Source: Callorhinchus milii
Taxonomy: Eukaryota
Direction: 5' to 3'
DNA length: 64,000 bases
NCBI RefSeq assembly: GCF_018977255.1
Contig: NW_024704743.1
Location: forward strand, 40,736,001-40,800,000
The translations under genes and the position numbers were made by a program. Every line of letters starts with the position of its first letter. Within the stretch, counting starts at the first letter, position 1. Shown here piece after piece: positions 23,958 through 36,561 of the stretch. Below the pieces are notes generated by a model. The model ran no database searches, had not been told where the DNA came from, and worked only from the letters and a program-made list of their open reading frames with translations.

Positions 23958-24272
23958 GAGGTCCTGTAGCTCAGTGGTTAGAGCACTCGCTTTGCAAGCG
24001 AGAGACCTGAGTTCAATTCCAGGCAGGGCGAAACCTTGGGCAAGTTTCCTTACTCCATACTCCTAATAATAATCCCTCCAAAACCAAAACAATAATAAAT
24101 TGGTTATTTTCAATCTACGACTGTTTGTGGGACATTGCTGTGCGCAATTGGCTGCCGCGTTCACCCACAAATATACAGTCAATTCACTACAGTGTGTTCT
24201 GTGAAGCGCTTTGGGACGTCCTCCCGACGTGAAAAGCGCTATATCAAATGCAAGGATTATTATTATTATTAT
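23958..24272 (+). mobile_element. Full-length young tRNA-Ala SINE
   Basis: gtcctgtagctcagtggttagagcactcgctttgcaagcgag...(tat)n. Confidence 0.95.
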
Positions 24273-24329
24273 GTAGTGGTCCAATGAAGCAGACACAACG
24301 TGCATCTTATTTGAGTAGTAAGTCACAAA

Positions 24330-24920
24330 CAATTTGCACACCACAGAAATCATTTTTTGCATCTACTGTAATAATATGAACTAAATGTCAACTTCCATTG
24401 AGTTCATTCTTCACTAAATCCAATGTGTATTTTCAAATGTCATCTACTCCACAACAAGGGCATCTCACCTATTTCACAGAATACATGTATATGATGCACA
24501 ATGGACACATGAACAGGGCACACAACACCAGAAATTGCCAGTTATTATCCAGTAAGTGCTTTAAGCAATATTTCTAGGCATGTCAACTGCATAATTCATA
24601 CATACTGTGTGCAAGAATTGCTGAACATTAATTTTGACATTATTAATTATTACTTTCAAATATAAATGCAACTAAAACTTGCATGACCTTTTTTGCTGCA
24701 CCAAAATGTTGCAACAGAGGTTATAGTTAATAGAATTGAGCACAATATCATAATTATTGTCAAGTGCTGAAGGGATAGGAGTAACGGTATCATAATTAGC
24801 AAAGATCTCTTTAGAGATCTGTCTGCTGACTGATCAATACCCTCATGTAAAAAAACAAATAGTCTCAGAAGTGGGAAACGTTATTACAGCACTTATCAAG
24901 ATTGGTTAAATGCATACAAT
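24330..24920 (+). pseudogene. PIF/Harbinger transposase relic
   Basis: Ordered decayed motifs HNKG (RKG.HS), ASYYPVS (PGS.HD), KDLFRDL (K.RFR.L), EVGNVITA..MH (II.AC..LHN). Confidence 0.45.
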
Positions 24921-26871
24921 TTTGTAATGTCTGCAGAGAGTTTCCAAACTGTTTCTTTTACAAGTGCACACTGGTATCTTCGTGTTATTGTATCTCTCTA
25001 TTTAATGCAAGCAAGACCTGCCGTCATTTTGAGCTGCAGAATACGTTGGGGAAATACCTGAGTGAATGCGAAAGAGAGAAGAATTTGACTGAGATTTTAT
25101 CTTATGTGTTTGGAGCAAGTCAAGAGCCTGGAAGAAATATTCATGCATGTGTGGGAGAGAGGAGAGAGGGAAAGAGGATTGAAAGTGTGTAGAATGGAAG
25201 AAAATACAAAAATGGAAACTTACCAAGTAGTCCTAGAAGGATGAAGTACGAAAATCTTGAAGTTAAAGTAGTTTTATGTAAAGGAGAAAAAAATGCAGGA
25301 ATGGAGTATAGTTACCTTATTATAATTTTGGTCATATAATAATTTTGATTTTCACTTTGTTAATGTTTCTTAACACCCTGAGCAGTAAATACTGGATTCC
25401 TCCATTCTGCTTGGGATATGTTAGTATGTCCTCAGAATGCTTTATTTAATGTTTTCACATAGGAAGCTGAGAGTTCCAAGCACACATTTCTCTGCAACAC
25501 TGTCCTGTGCTACTGACAGCATACTGACTAATCAGTATGCTGTGATTTGAATGGGGAAGCTGGAAAGTCAACAGAAAAAAGGTTGGATGCGAAGAAGAAT
25601 ATGAATTGATAAAGAGCAAGTTTAAGAAACAAAAATATTTCATAAATAAATAATGATGCTAAAAAAATTGATTAATATTAAATCATTAAAACAACACAAG
25701 ATGAAATAAATACATGCACAGCGAAAGGCAACCTGCTATTACAGTAGCAAATACATAACATCTTATAGTAATCAGCATTACTAATATGGAAGTACCCAGG
25801 TTTGATTCCAGGTCTGTGCTGAATAAATACTAACGAGTCTACAGACCTTATGTTACAGTTAGGTTTGTGTTCTAGGTAAGTAAAGAAATATCAAACTTCC
25901 TGCTCCTGAAAAGGAACCCTGCTGGAAAGTGCATCTCAACTGAGAATAGCATCAGGCTGAACGGATCTGTCAGCCAATTACAGTATCACTGGACTCTGCC
26001 ATGCATTGAACAGTAATGCTGGGGTCTAATTTGCAAGTTTCGCAAGAGGATTTGTAAACCATAAATCCTGCAGATTCCTAGGCTGAGCCTCTGGAGCACC
26101 ACTTGGTTACCAATTCCCTGCCAGGACCCTGGATCTTCCTTCAGGCAAAGTTGGAACTGAAATCAGATTAAATGTGGATTTGCTCAGTGGGTACCAGAGA
26201 CATTTGCTATAAAACCTTTATGAATACAAATTAGATATCACAGAAATTTTTTTTTTTATGTGTTTATAAAGAAGAATTAAATTATGAAGACCCAGTGAAA
26301 AAATGGTTACAATAACAATGTGAATAAATAGTACCCTTCACTTAGGCTAGCATCTTGGAATGCTTTACAAGGACATAGTTTGTGATTGAGCCAGGGAGCA
26401 GTGGCTGTAGGCACAGTCGAAGAGGAAAGTCTTCAGATGTGATCTGTAGACAGGAAAGGAGGGGGCAAGTAGAGGAATTGAGGGCTAGTGTTGATGATAC
26501 ACCTATCTCTCTGCGTTTACATGGGAGAAAATTGGGGGAAATATGAACAGAAACAAAATGCAAGAACTAAAATGAAAATATTCTGTAAATTATACAACAT
26601 AGAGCCAACTTTACATTCATGTAATGAAGTGAAAATAAGTGTTAATAAGTGTTGAGCCTGAATCAAAAGGTTTTCTGCAAAATAACTAGAGAGTTTCTTG
26701 TGTATACAGACCTCAGCTCTCCAGCAACCTTAAAATGGTCCAAAACTGGGCTCTCAAAGTTGCCAAAACAATGGCTGGTTGTTGTGAATTGGGGCACTCT
26801 CACCTCCAGCATATTGATGCAGACTAGCTCTTTGAGGAGGCTGGAGTTGAAATATAAGATGAAAATACTGC

Positions 26872-27181
26872 GGAGTCTCATAGCGTATTGGTTAGAGCAC
26901 TTGGCTCGAAAGCAAGAGGACCCGGATTTGATTCCCGGACACAGCGAAACCTAAAGCAAGTTTCCAAATGCTTCAGTTTACCTAGTAATAAATAGGAACC
27001 CAGATATTAGTCAATGGCTTTCTGGGGTTTGATCACTCAATTCACGACTGGTTGTGGGACATTGTGTGCAATTAGCTGCCGTGTTTCTCCCACAAAATAT
27101 GCAGCTTATTCTGTAAAGCAATTTGAGACATCTCAACAATGTGATAAAGTGCTCTAGCAAATGCAAGGATTACTATTATTA
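26872..27181 (+). mobile_element. Diverged tRNA-derived SINE, same family
   Basis: ggagtctcatagcgtattggttagagcac...aaatgcaaggattactatt. Confidence 0.85.
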
Positions 27182-27619
27182 TATAGTGTTACATAGCAAA
27201 TTTGGTAAACATCCAATGTGTAATTTAATCTTTTATGAATTATCATATTTTTATCTCCTTTATTGTGGGGACAGAGTAAGGGGTACATCTATACTAAACC
27301 TGACCTGGAACCTTTGGAGTATGAACTTCCACCTAGTTTTCGTCTTAATTTTGTCTTAAAAATTAAGCTTTTGCGGTATTGGGAATATTTTTTTTCAATT
27401 CATTCTTAATGTGGGAGTTGGTTCTTCTTGATAACTGCAATAAAAACAGCTTATAAATTAAACCTGGATTTAAGACATTTCTGCGCATTGTTAATTTTTA
27501 AAACAAACTTGTCTCATCAAAGACCAGATGGAGTTTTGAAACTCTGATGCCAAGATGAGTAGTTGTAATATCATTGGTCAGTCAAGCCATTATTTTGCTG
27601 GGATGTGCTTACAAAGGGG

Positions 27620-27720
27620 AGTTCACAATTAAAATTTTAGAAAATAATTTCTCAAGTTCTGAATGCCCTGAAATGCTACATAAACAGAGTAAATCTATCC
27701 CCAAGTTGAATTTCTCCCCC
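27620..27720. mobile_element. Hairpin MITE right arm
   Basis: Ends gaatttctccccc; similar to the right arm of 58960-59193. Confidence 0.5.
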
Positions 27721-27774
27721 ATTCTCCCCTTTGTGTTATAGAGCAATGGACGTCGTATTTAATAGTGATCGATA

Positions 27775-28135
27775 GGGTGATCGTTGCCCAGGATACCAGG
27801 AAAATTCCCATCACTTTTTGAGTAGGACCATGGGATTTTTAACATCCACCTGTCATCTTATCCAAAGGACGTCACCTCCAACAATGCAGCCTAACTCCAG
27901 CACTGATTTGGAATGTCAGTTTCAGACTAAATAAGTTCTAAGTCACAATATTTTCAGGTCCCAAGGTTCACATCCCGGGGTTTGAACCAACAACCTTCTG
28001 AGCGGTACCAACTGAGCCAGCCCGCTTTAGCACCTTTCACATCTTTAACGTCCATCTGAAGAGTCAGACAGGAGCTCAACTTAACTTCTCATCCGAAGGG
28101 TGGCACCTCCAACATTGCAACAGTGCTCCTACAGA
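27775..28135 (-). mobile_element. Deu-domain SINE(s), two adjacent fragments
   Basis: Deu core present twice (ccatgggatttttaacatccacctg; catccgaagggtggcacctccaaca). Confidence 0.7.
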
Positions 28136-29433
28136 GCCAGGCTAACATGTGATTCATGGTCACTGAGGGCACAGCTGTGCATAGTAGCACCAATATAAAA
28201 TCAAGGCTAGATCTTTATTCTATTTGAATTTTAGACTTTAAACAAGGAAAACAAAGAAGGAAAGAGTTGATCATGTAACAGCAATAGAAATGTCACTAAC
28301 ATCAAGTTGCCTCCTGCATTAGTTTAATGCTCTACACTCGCAAACGTTGGTTCAGGTTTTGTGAAGGTGCAGCAGCCACATGTCACAATGAATATTCAGT
28401 CTTCTAATTGACTACTGTTGCAGTTAATTAGTGGTGAAATATTTACATAATTATTTTGCCTGATATTAATAGTTATTCATGAATGGTTCAGATCAGGATC
28501 ACACGATGCACAATGGAAGTTGATCGAAAATAATCTGCTTTTCCGCTCTGTCAGTACCAACATAACACTTCAACAAATAGTAACTATCAGCAACACATTA
28601 TCTTTTCTCAGTTTATATTTAAATTTAATTTCTGACACAATGAGCACTTACACAGCCTGTTTTTGCATGCAACATTCCACAATTGATGACATTTCAATGC
28701 TTCAGGGAGATACATAATTTATGGATGGTTAGTTATTAATAAAAATATTCCTTGAAGGCTCTGTTATATTTATTGGAATTTTTCTTTTATTTTCCCATGT
28801 CTGCACCTTTATACCTTAAACATCATACTTATCATTTTACAGCCAGAAATATTGATGTGCTTAGGATGCATAATTGTAAGTTTCATTATGTAGGAAATAA
28901 AAAAAGGCATAATATTCCAAGCTTTTTAGCATAAAGGGATTGGAATAGGACTGGTTCCTTGATGTTAGCTGGATTTCAATGAGATATTGCTTGAATCATT
29001 TTGGTATCCATATTTCATTCATTTTCTAGCATTTTTAGGAAACTTGCGTAATTCAATTTAGCAGAAATGTCATTTTCACTAATCATTCCAGCAGCCCTCT
29101 TGTTCCCCTGCATGTACAAATAATTGTTGAGTTTAAACTTAGATATTCAATCTGCCCCATTGGCAAACACAGGGAAAACTGCAACTTTTTGCTGGACTGG
29201 CAACATAGGCTGATATTGTGATTTATCTGCTGCTGCCATCAACCTTATATCCCCAGTGTGGATGCTGATGCTCAGGTGCATGTGAGTTTTTTTTATTTTA
29301 ATCACTGTACCTAAATTCCATGTTTACTTCTAAATCAATTATTCAAACAACGTTTTCAGGGCTGACGTTCTTTATCTTGAAAAAAAAGCCCTCTTGCATA
29401 TTGAACGTCTTTGAAAAAGGTATTCGAACTTAC

Positions 29434-29643
29434 TGTAACACTTTTCTTTATGTGGTAGAGTTTTGCCTGGATTTCCTGCCAGCTATTCCTTCCTGCAGTC
29501 CATTTGGGGTTTTGCACTGCATTTACTGCATGCACACATTCCTGAGCATTATATTCCTTCCTTAACCTCCATTGCAATGTTTCTATACCTGACCTTTCAT
29601 TGTTCCTGTTGTGGAAATTCTCCAGATAATGTGTGGTCTCCAT
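29434..29643 (-). pseudogene. Myb/SANT-like (Harbinger second protein, NAIF1/MSANTD-type) exon relic
   Basis: ATG-initiated frame with AQECVHAVNAVQNPKWTAGRNSWQEIQAKL, resembling AW..I...VNAV...RT.....KW.D; ends at donor ACA|gtaagt. Confidence 0.5.
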
Positions 29644-29814
29644 AGCTGCAATTGTACATTGTTCTTCTTAAATACCTTTCAAGTTCATTGAGATGTGTAT
29701 TAGCATAATTGCTAATTGCTATTACCCAGTCTGCTGTAGTTGTAAATATTCCCAGTAATTGACAGTTAGAACAGGCACAATTTACTATAAGTTTCAGTAT
29801 ACAATGCTTAAATT

Positions 29815-30093
29815 ACTTCTCAAAGCACTTCAGAGGATACACTTTGAAATGGAGTGACTACGTATCTTTCGGCAAACCCGGCAGCACAATTGCGTACAGC
29901 ATGAAACGAGTGACATTTTATTTGGAGGATTGTTGGGCAGAACACCTGGAGAAACTCTCTTTTTTGAATAGTGCCACAGGATCTTTAATATCCACCTGAA
30001 CAGGCAGACAGCTTAGCCTATGTCTCAACATAGGATTTGAACCCACAACTTTCTGATTCAGAGTCAAGAGTGTTACCACTGAGCCAAGCTGAC
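29815..30093 (-). mobile_element. Deu-domain SINE
   Basis: tRNA-like head at 30035-30093 and Deu core gtgccacaggatctttaatatccacctga. Confidence 0.75.
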
Positions 30094-31089
30094 ACATGTT
30101 TTGTACAAAATAACTTGATAGGACCCATAAAAGGCATATTTCATTAAAACTGGCAAATCTTTCAATTTTAAGTGGCCAGAAATCACCAAAAAAATACAGT
30201 CCATGATGTGAAGAAAAAAAATGAAAAGCTAAACTGTTATATAACTGTGCAGCCTGACATGAGAATATTGTCAGTGCAGCAGAAGAGGCTGTAATACAAC
30301 TGCTTAAACGAGAATCTTTGCCAGAAGATGAAGTGATGTCAAAGGTAACAATACATATGTGTCTCTCTCCATTGCATTATTGCTTATAGAATATAGACTG
30401 TGAATCTGACAGTATATTGCTTCTATGCATCTCCTAGTATTCTGCACATGGAGATTTAATTTTGAGCAATGCTAACCATGCGCAAGTGCAGTGGGAATTA
30501 TAAGTGTTATACGTAAATTAAAAGCAATGAAAAGGATGACAGGTGATTCTATAACCCTTCACATTAGTTTAAAATTACTTATTTAAAACACCTGGAATTC
30601 CTTTGGTTAGAATGAATCTGCACGAATCGCACACCAGGTGTTATACTGTTATAATGTATACAATTGTTATAATCATTATAAGTCCAGAAATCATTTTACA
30701 GCACAGAGGGTCATTCGAGACAAAATATATGTACGCAGTTTTTTTTACACTAGAAGTGTGTCTCTTTTTTTCTTTTTCCTGGCAGATCAATCTGGGCCAT
30801 CCAGAGACATAAAGCAGCCAGCACCTTCACCACAGACAACATTTGCAGCCGGGACCACAGCTCCAGGCATTCATTCACATCACCCGAGCACATGTGTCAT
30901 CTTGGCTCAGTTGGTAGCCCTCTTGCTCTGAGTAATAAGATTTTGGGTTCAAGCCTTATTTCAGGACTTTGAACTCACATTGTTCAGGCTTACACTGCTG
31001 GATGAGAGCGATGCTGAGTGGCCAATATAAGATGACGCAAAACCAATTGCTACAGAGGTCAGAGACTGTAGAGCACTAGATGACTCTTA

Positions 31090-32104
31090 GTAGCAAGCCT
31101 GTTGGGGAGAGTGCCACTTTCTAGTGATCCTAATAGCCTTAATTAACGAAGGAACAAAACAAGTTAAGGAATACTGAAAATGTTACCTCAAAAAGTTCTG
31201 ATGGTGTAACATTACAATGAGCACAGCAATCAATGTTATGTCAGTGGGTTCTAATTTATATGTTTGTAAACTGTAATCTCATCTTCCCAGCGAGAATTCC
31301 AAAAGCTCATCTCTCAAAACATTTGCATAAGAAAAAGGCAAGTAAATGGGTTAGAAAGAATTGCTCTTTCAAAGATCCAGCACAGATCTGATGGGTCAAT
31401 TTTCTTTCTTTTGCACTGTGCTTTCTATCTTTCTATTTGCATTGATTCCTTTCTGAATTTGCAACATTTACAGTATTCTGAAAGGTGTTCCCTTCCTTAC
31501 TTAAGGAATGTTTTTAGGAACACCAGTTCTATCTAATAACCTAAAATTATAATATTCATTTGTAAATTGTAGACCTTAATATTTAATTCTTCTTTTGCAA
31601 AGTTTTCCAACTTGGAAGGATTAAAATCCATGGTCCGATTGACCACGAAAAATAGCTTTTTGTGTTGGGCCCAGAGGCTTTGGACTTAAGGCGAACTAAT
31701 CACAAACACTACAAATTAGTTGTTTGGCCTTCTTTTTCATTTAATGTTGCCTTCCCTGGGAAAATCTGTTGAGGAGATGTGAAATCCCCACTCTCCTTGG
31801 CCATCCAAATAGAAGGTGCCAGGTCTTTGAGTGTAGCAAGCCTGTTGGGGAGTGTGCAACTTTTTGTTAACCCTAATAGCCTTCCTTATGTAATAATAAT
31901 AATCCTTGGATTTGATATAGTGCTTTTCGTGTCTCCTAGACATCTTAAATAAGAAACAAAACAAGTTTAGGAATACTGAAAAGTTTAACTCAAAATGTTC
32001 TGGTGGAGTAATATTACAAGGGCAAAGCAATCAATGTTATGTCAGTGGGGTCAAATTTGCACTTTGTGTAAACTATTATTGCATCTTTCCAATGAGAATT
32101 CCAA
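31090..32104. repeat. ~215-bp diverged direct duplication (31090-31302 and 31833-32104; second copy carries a SINE tail at ~31890-31945)
   Basis: gtagcaagcctgttggggag..cctaatagcctt..aacaaaacaagtt.aggaatactgaaaa..agcaatcaatgttatgtcagtggg..gagaattccaa appears in both. Confidence 0.88.
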
Positions 32105-32424
32105 GGGCCCTTAATTATGCAATTCATCTTAAAAAAATACACAGTAACTACCCTTTACAAAGGATCCTATGATGTTGCACCAAAGTTGAAAAGTACTATA
32201 TCAAATGTCATCCGTTATATTGTTCTGTGGTCCCATCTGTTGTCCTTCCGAATGCAGTGAACTTCTCCAGTGAAACAACACCGTCACTTATTGACACTTG
32301 TGCTATAAAGAGAACATCGATGGAGCTAGACAGCACTCACTGAACTATTCAACTCTTCTCTGCACAAGCTGTAGACTATCTAAAATTCTGCACTCGATGC
32401 CCTTTCCAACATTAAACATTGCAA

Positions 32425-32780
32425 GCCTATCACCCCAATCCTCACCCGGGTCCACTGGCTCCCCATTCCACAGAGGATTGAGTTCAAGAACCTAGCCTTA
32501 ATTTTCAAATCCCTCCACGGTCTTGCCCCACCATCGGCAGTTGGGCTTTCAGTCTATCTGCCGCTACTCTCTGGAACTCATCTCTGACTGCTTCCCTCCC
32601 CCCCCCCTTTTTTTTAAGTTCCTTCTCAAAACCTTCCTTTTCGACCACAGCTTTGGCCATCTTTCCCCTCCCCATACCGCTCAGCTCATATCTGCCGCTC
32701 TGGTGCCCAGCCATTACCGTTAACCACTTTGGGACATCCTCCTGACATTAAAGGCATTGTACAAATGTAAATTTGTATTG
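32425..32780 (+). mobile_element. L2 3' fragment
   Basis: tccactggctccccattccacagaggattgagttcaag; KTFLFDHSF; L2 tail. Confidence 0.8.
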
Positions 32781-33529
32781 TATTCACAAAATCTATGGCA
32801 CTGAAACAGCAATTGCTTTCAGGCTGCTATCTGTATGCTGGTATTACCATTAATAGGCAAATCACTTCCTGTGTTCTTCATGGTTAGCTAATTATCTTCA
32901 CTGTTGTACAAGAGAACTGATTTTTATTATTTGCTCCACTTCCATTATACAAAATCATTTTCTGCATGGCGAGAATGATTATAAGCAGGAGACTTATGGT
33001 CAATTATTTTTAAAATTAAAGTCGAAGCAGTACTCAGGTAGTAAAACGCAGATGGGAAATGCAACTAGGAAAAAAAGTGAAATTAAGAACACCTGAATGG
33101 TTATCATTAAAATTTGACAATCATTTTAGATTAAGCAGTATCATCATCTTCCTATGTCCTTTGTAGTCTGAGCATTGAAAAGGCATTTAACTAAGAAGCT
33201 TAAAATTAAGGATGACATAAAACAACTCTCCTGACGTTGATTATGGATTAAACATTAATGTCACAAGGAACAACAAGTGAAATGTGCGTCCTCAAAAGAG
33301 CCAGAAAATTGTTGGCTACTAAGTGGGCTAGCAGAGATTTGTTTTGACTGAAGAGTGCCAACAGTTTTGTTTAAATACATCAGAATAGTGAGATAAAATC
33401 CTTTCTGCCGATAAAGATCTTACAATTTGCTGCACTTTACAGGATTTTTTAATAAGCAATAAATTAAAATATGGCTAGACATAGTGTGTTAATGTATTAA
33501 TCAACAAATCACAATTTTCACTCAATGCA

Positions 33530-33890
33530 AATGGGATCCCTTTAAATATGTCCAGTGTCTTGGCCAGCAATCCTCCTCAGTAAAACTGATCATTCATTTC
33601 ATAGCTGTTTATGGAATATTGCTGTGTTCAAGATGGCTGCCACATTCACACACAAAGTACCACTTTACAGTATATCCTGTGAAACATGCTGTATCAAATA
33701 TAAGCATTATTATTATTAGTAGTAATAATAATCCTTGTATTTGACATAGTGCCTTATCACAGCTTCAAGACATCTCCAAGCGCTTCACAGGATATACTGT
33801 AAAATGAATTGACTGTATATTTTGTGGGCAAAACGCGGCAGTCAATTGCGCACAGCAGTATTCCACAAACAATTGTGGATTGAGTGACGA
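33530..33890. mobile_element. Tail-to-tail SINE fragments (Deu-SINE on +, tRNA-Ala SINE on -)
   Basis: Bodies converge on attattattagtagtaataataat at ~33710-33732. Confidence 0.7.
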
Positions 33891-34424
33891 GAATGATTAT
33901 TATTTTATATATTTAATACAGAAGCTGAATAGATCTTGTGCACTTTATGTTCAGGTAAAAAAAACCTGGAAAAAAATTCTGAGGATGAGAATTCTTTTTT
34001 ATCTTGGAGAAAATGAATCAGGATATTGTTAAGTAGCCCCATGCAAACGATATGAAGCCTCTTCTACTTTTAGAGTCAGAAACCTTTCACATTGGTAAGA
34101 CGTTGGGCATTCCAGGAGTGAGATGAGCAAGTTGGGGTAGGAGTCAAGTGGCAGGGGGGCTGAGGGAGCAGGAAAGATGACCAAGGATTCAAAAAGGAAG
34201 GTCACCAGACAGGCCTTGAAGGAGTCAAGGGAAGGGTAAGTCTAAGGGTCTGCGAGATACATTTACAGTGATTGGAGGAACATAGGCTGAAAGTCCAACT
34301 TCCGATGGTGGGCGAATGGGGTGGCGGACATGAAGTAGAGCAAATGGGTGGATTTGTAAGGTTTAAAGACAGAAAAATCAGGTTTTATGTAGAAGTGCCG
34401 TTCACAAGAAGAAATATAGAGCTA

Positions 34425-34870
34425 GAATCATAGACATTTACAGCACAGAGAAGTCTATTTCAGCCTATCGAGTCTACATCAGTTTTCAGAACAAGCTGTT
34501 CATTTAATCCCACTTCACAGCCCTATCCCCATTCCCCTTCAAGCCTTTTTCTTTCATGTATCTATCTACTTCCCTCTTCAAACTTACAATGGACTCTGGT
34601 TCTACCATCATACTTGGCATTTATATGTGAAAACAAGTTCCTAGGATTTCCTTTCACTCTTATTGCGCCTCTTATATTTAAGCTCTCTAGTCACTGACTC
34701 TCCTCCCAATGGAAATAACATCTTCCTATTTACCCTGTCAAAACCCATCAGAATGTTGTATACTTCTATCAGGTCCCCTTTCAACCATTACTGGTCCATT
34801 GGAAATGGACCCAACATCTCCTATTGATACTCATCCATAGAATCATTCCTGTAAATCTCTGCACTTCCTC
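34425..34870 (-). mobile_element. Old CR1 3' fragment
   Basis: atagaatcatagac-like tail; tatttaccctgtcaaaacc..tacttctatcaggtcccct. Confidence 0.7.
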
Positions 34871-35575
34871 CATGTGCGAAAATGAATTTGGAAAATAAAC
34901 TAATTTAGATATTCACCATATCACAAGAGAGGAAAGGGTAAAGAAAGCCATTCAACCCATCCCATCTCATATTTCGGAAGGCCCACCCTACTAACCTCCT
35001 AATAATGCATCATGGTATTTCAACAAATGATGGTTGCTGTTCTTGATTATCCTCTGTGTGAACACATACTTTGTTGTGTTGTAAACATTCCTTTACCACC
35101 CTGAACCCAATGCCTTCATACTTCCGATTAGATAACAATAATCATTACATTTGACATGTCAAGTTTTATGAAAGGCTGCGCCACTGCCTCACCTCTCAGG
35201 CTGCCAAAACCCTCATTCACGTGTTTACATCCAGGCTTGACTATGCCAACACCTTGCTTGTCGGCCTTCCTAACTCTTCCCTCCACAAGCTGCAGTTCAT
35301 TCAGAACTCAGCAGCTCATGTCCTCTCCTGCACCAGGCTCTGTAACCCTATGATTCCCAACCTCGCCTGGCTCCACTGGCTCCCCATCCCCCAGAGGATA
35401 CAGTTCAAAATCCTCATCCTCGCCTTCAAGGCTCTCCACTGCCTTGCTCCTTACTACCTCTGTGACCTGCTAACCCCATATCAACCTATCCACTCCCTCT
35501 GCTCAGCATACTCCAGTCTACTCAAAGTCCCGAGTCTGGTCCACCCCACTATCGGCAGTCGGGCCTTCAGCCTCT

Positions 35576-36433
35576 TGTTAGAAAATAAAATCAGCCATAA
35601 TCCGTTTGCTACCAGATATCAGACTGTTTTATTATTATTCTTTCGTTATTCTCCAATATCCCGATGGGTCAGACCAAAGGCCGGTACAATCAAAAGATCT
35701 TATAACAGAATAATACCACGTAGATATCTCGAGTTCAACACTGTGTCTTTCCAGCACACAAGCTTGATTCTTCATGCTTTCAGTCTTCTTGCTTACAGCT
35801 TTCAATATTCCATCTGATATCCTCAGTCTTAGTGTTTCTAGCTCTCAGTCTTCCATCTCCCGTACCCTTGTCTCCATGACCCGGGATGGCCCCATCTCCC
35901 GTACCCTTGTCTCCGCGACCCGGGATGGCCCCATCTCCCATACCCTTGTCTCCGCGAACCGGGATGGCCCCATCTCCCATATCCTTGTCTCTGCAGCCCG
36001 GGATGGCCCCATTCACAAAGTTATCAGAACTCTCATACCCGATGTTTGTCCAATCATGGTGCGGACATTAGATCACCTGTCGAAATCATGCTGGGTTCAC
36101 GTGAACACCTCATGGGGTGTACGTGCCTCAGCACACATACACATTGTCCTTAAAACCCCTGTTTTCTGATGCTTGTTATTTTGTTAGGTGGGATCATTAG
36201 TACATTCCTTTTAAGTGACTGGTTATTTCTTATCAGTATCCCGGGATGGTACCAAGGTCCTCTTGTTTAAGCAACTTGCTCATTAGCTGCTATTCTTGAG
36301 GGTTGCCTTTTGTTGCTCTTGAGTGTTAATCATGAGTGTCAGTCCAGTTGCCCCCCACACTTAACTTAAAAGTTAACCCGTTCACAACATCTATTATGAT
36401 TCTAACATTATACAAAAAGTGTAAATTCTAACA
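35576..36433 (-). mobile_element. Solo LTR, 858 bp, 4-bp TSD CTCT
   Basis: Termini TGTTAGAA...TTCTAACA; ctct at 35572-35575 and 36434-36437; the L2 is restored on removal. Minus-strand TATA-like ttataa (~35700) and AATAAA (35628-35633). Confidence 0.88.
35852..36012. repeat. Four copies of a 39-bp tandem repeat in the putative LTR U3
   Basis: (ccatctcccgtacccttgtctccgcgacccgggatggcc) x4 with a few substitutions. Confidence 0.93.
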
Positions 36434-36561
36434 CTCTCTGCCCCCACCCTGTATTTGGAACTCCGTCCCATAGTCCCTTTGCCTCACTCCCTCCCTTGAC
36501 TCCTTCAAGACATGTCTCAAGACCTTTCTCTTCGACCATGCTTTCAGACACTCACCTACCT

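Noticed and set aside
23958..24030. tRNA-Ala(TGC) gene (and equivalent heads at 9459, 14230, 20013, 48817)
   Set aside because: The acceptor stem does not close, and each head runs into the same SINE body and (TAT)n tail.
35852..36012. CRISPR-like array or repeat protein (ISRTLVSATRDGP)n
   Set aside because: Head-to-tail repeats without unique spacers, inside an LTR in vertebrate DNA; the ORF is a by-product of the 39-bp period.
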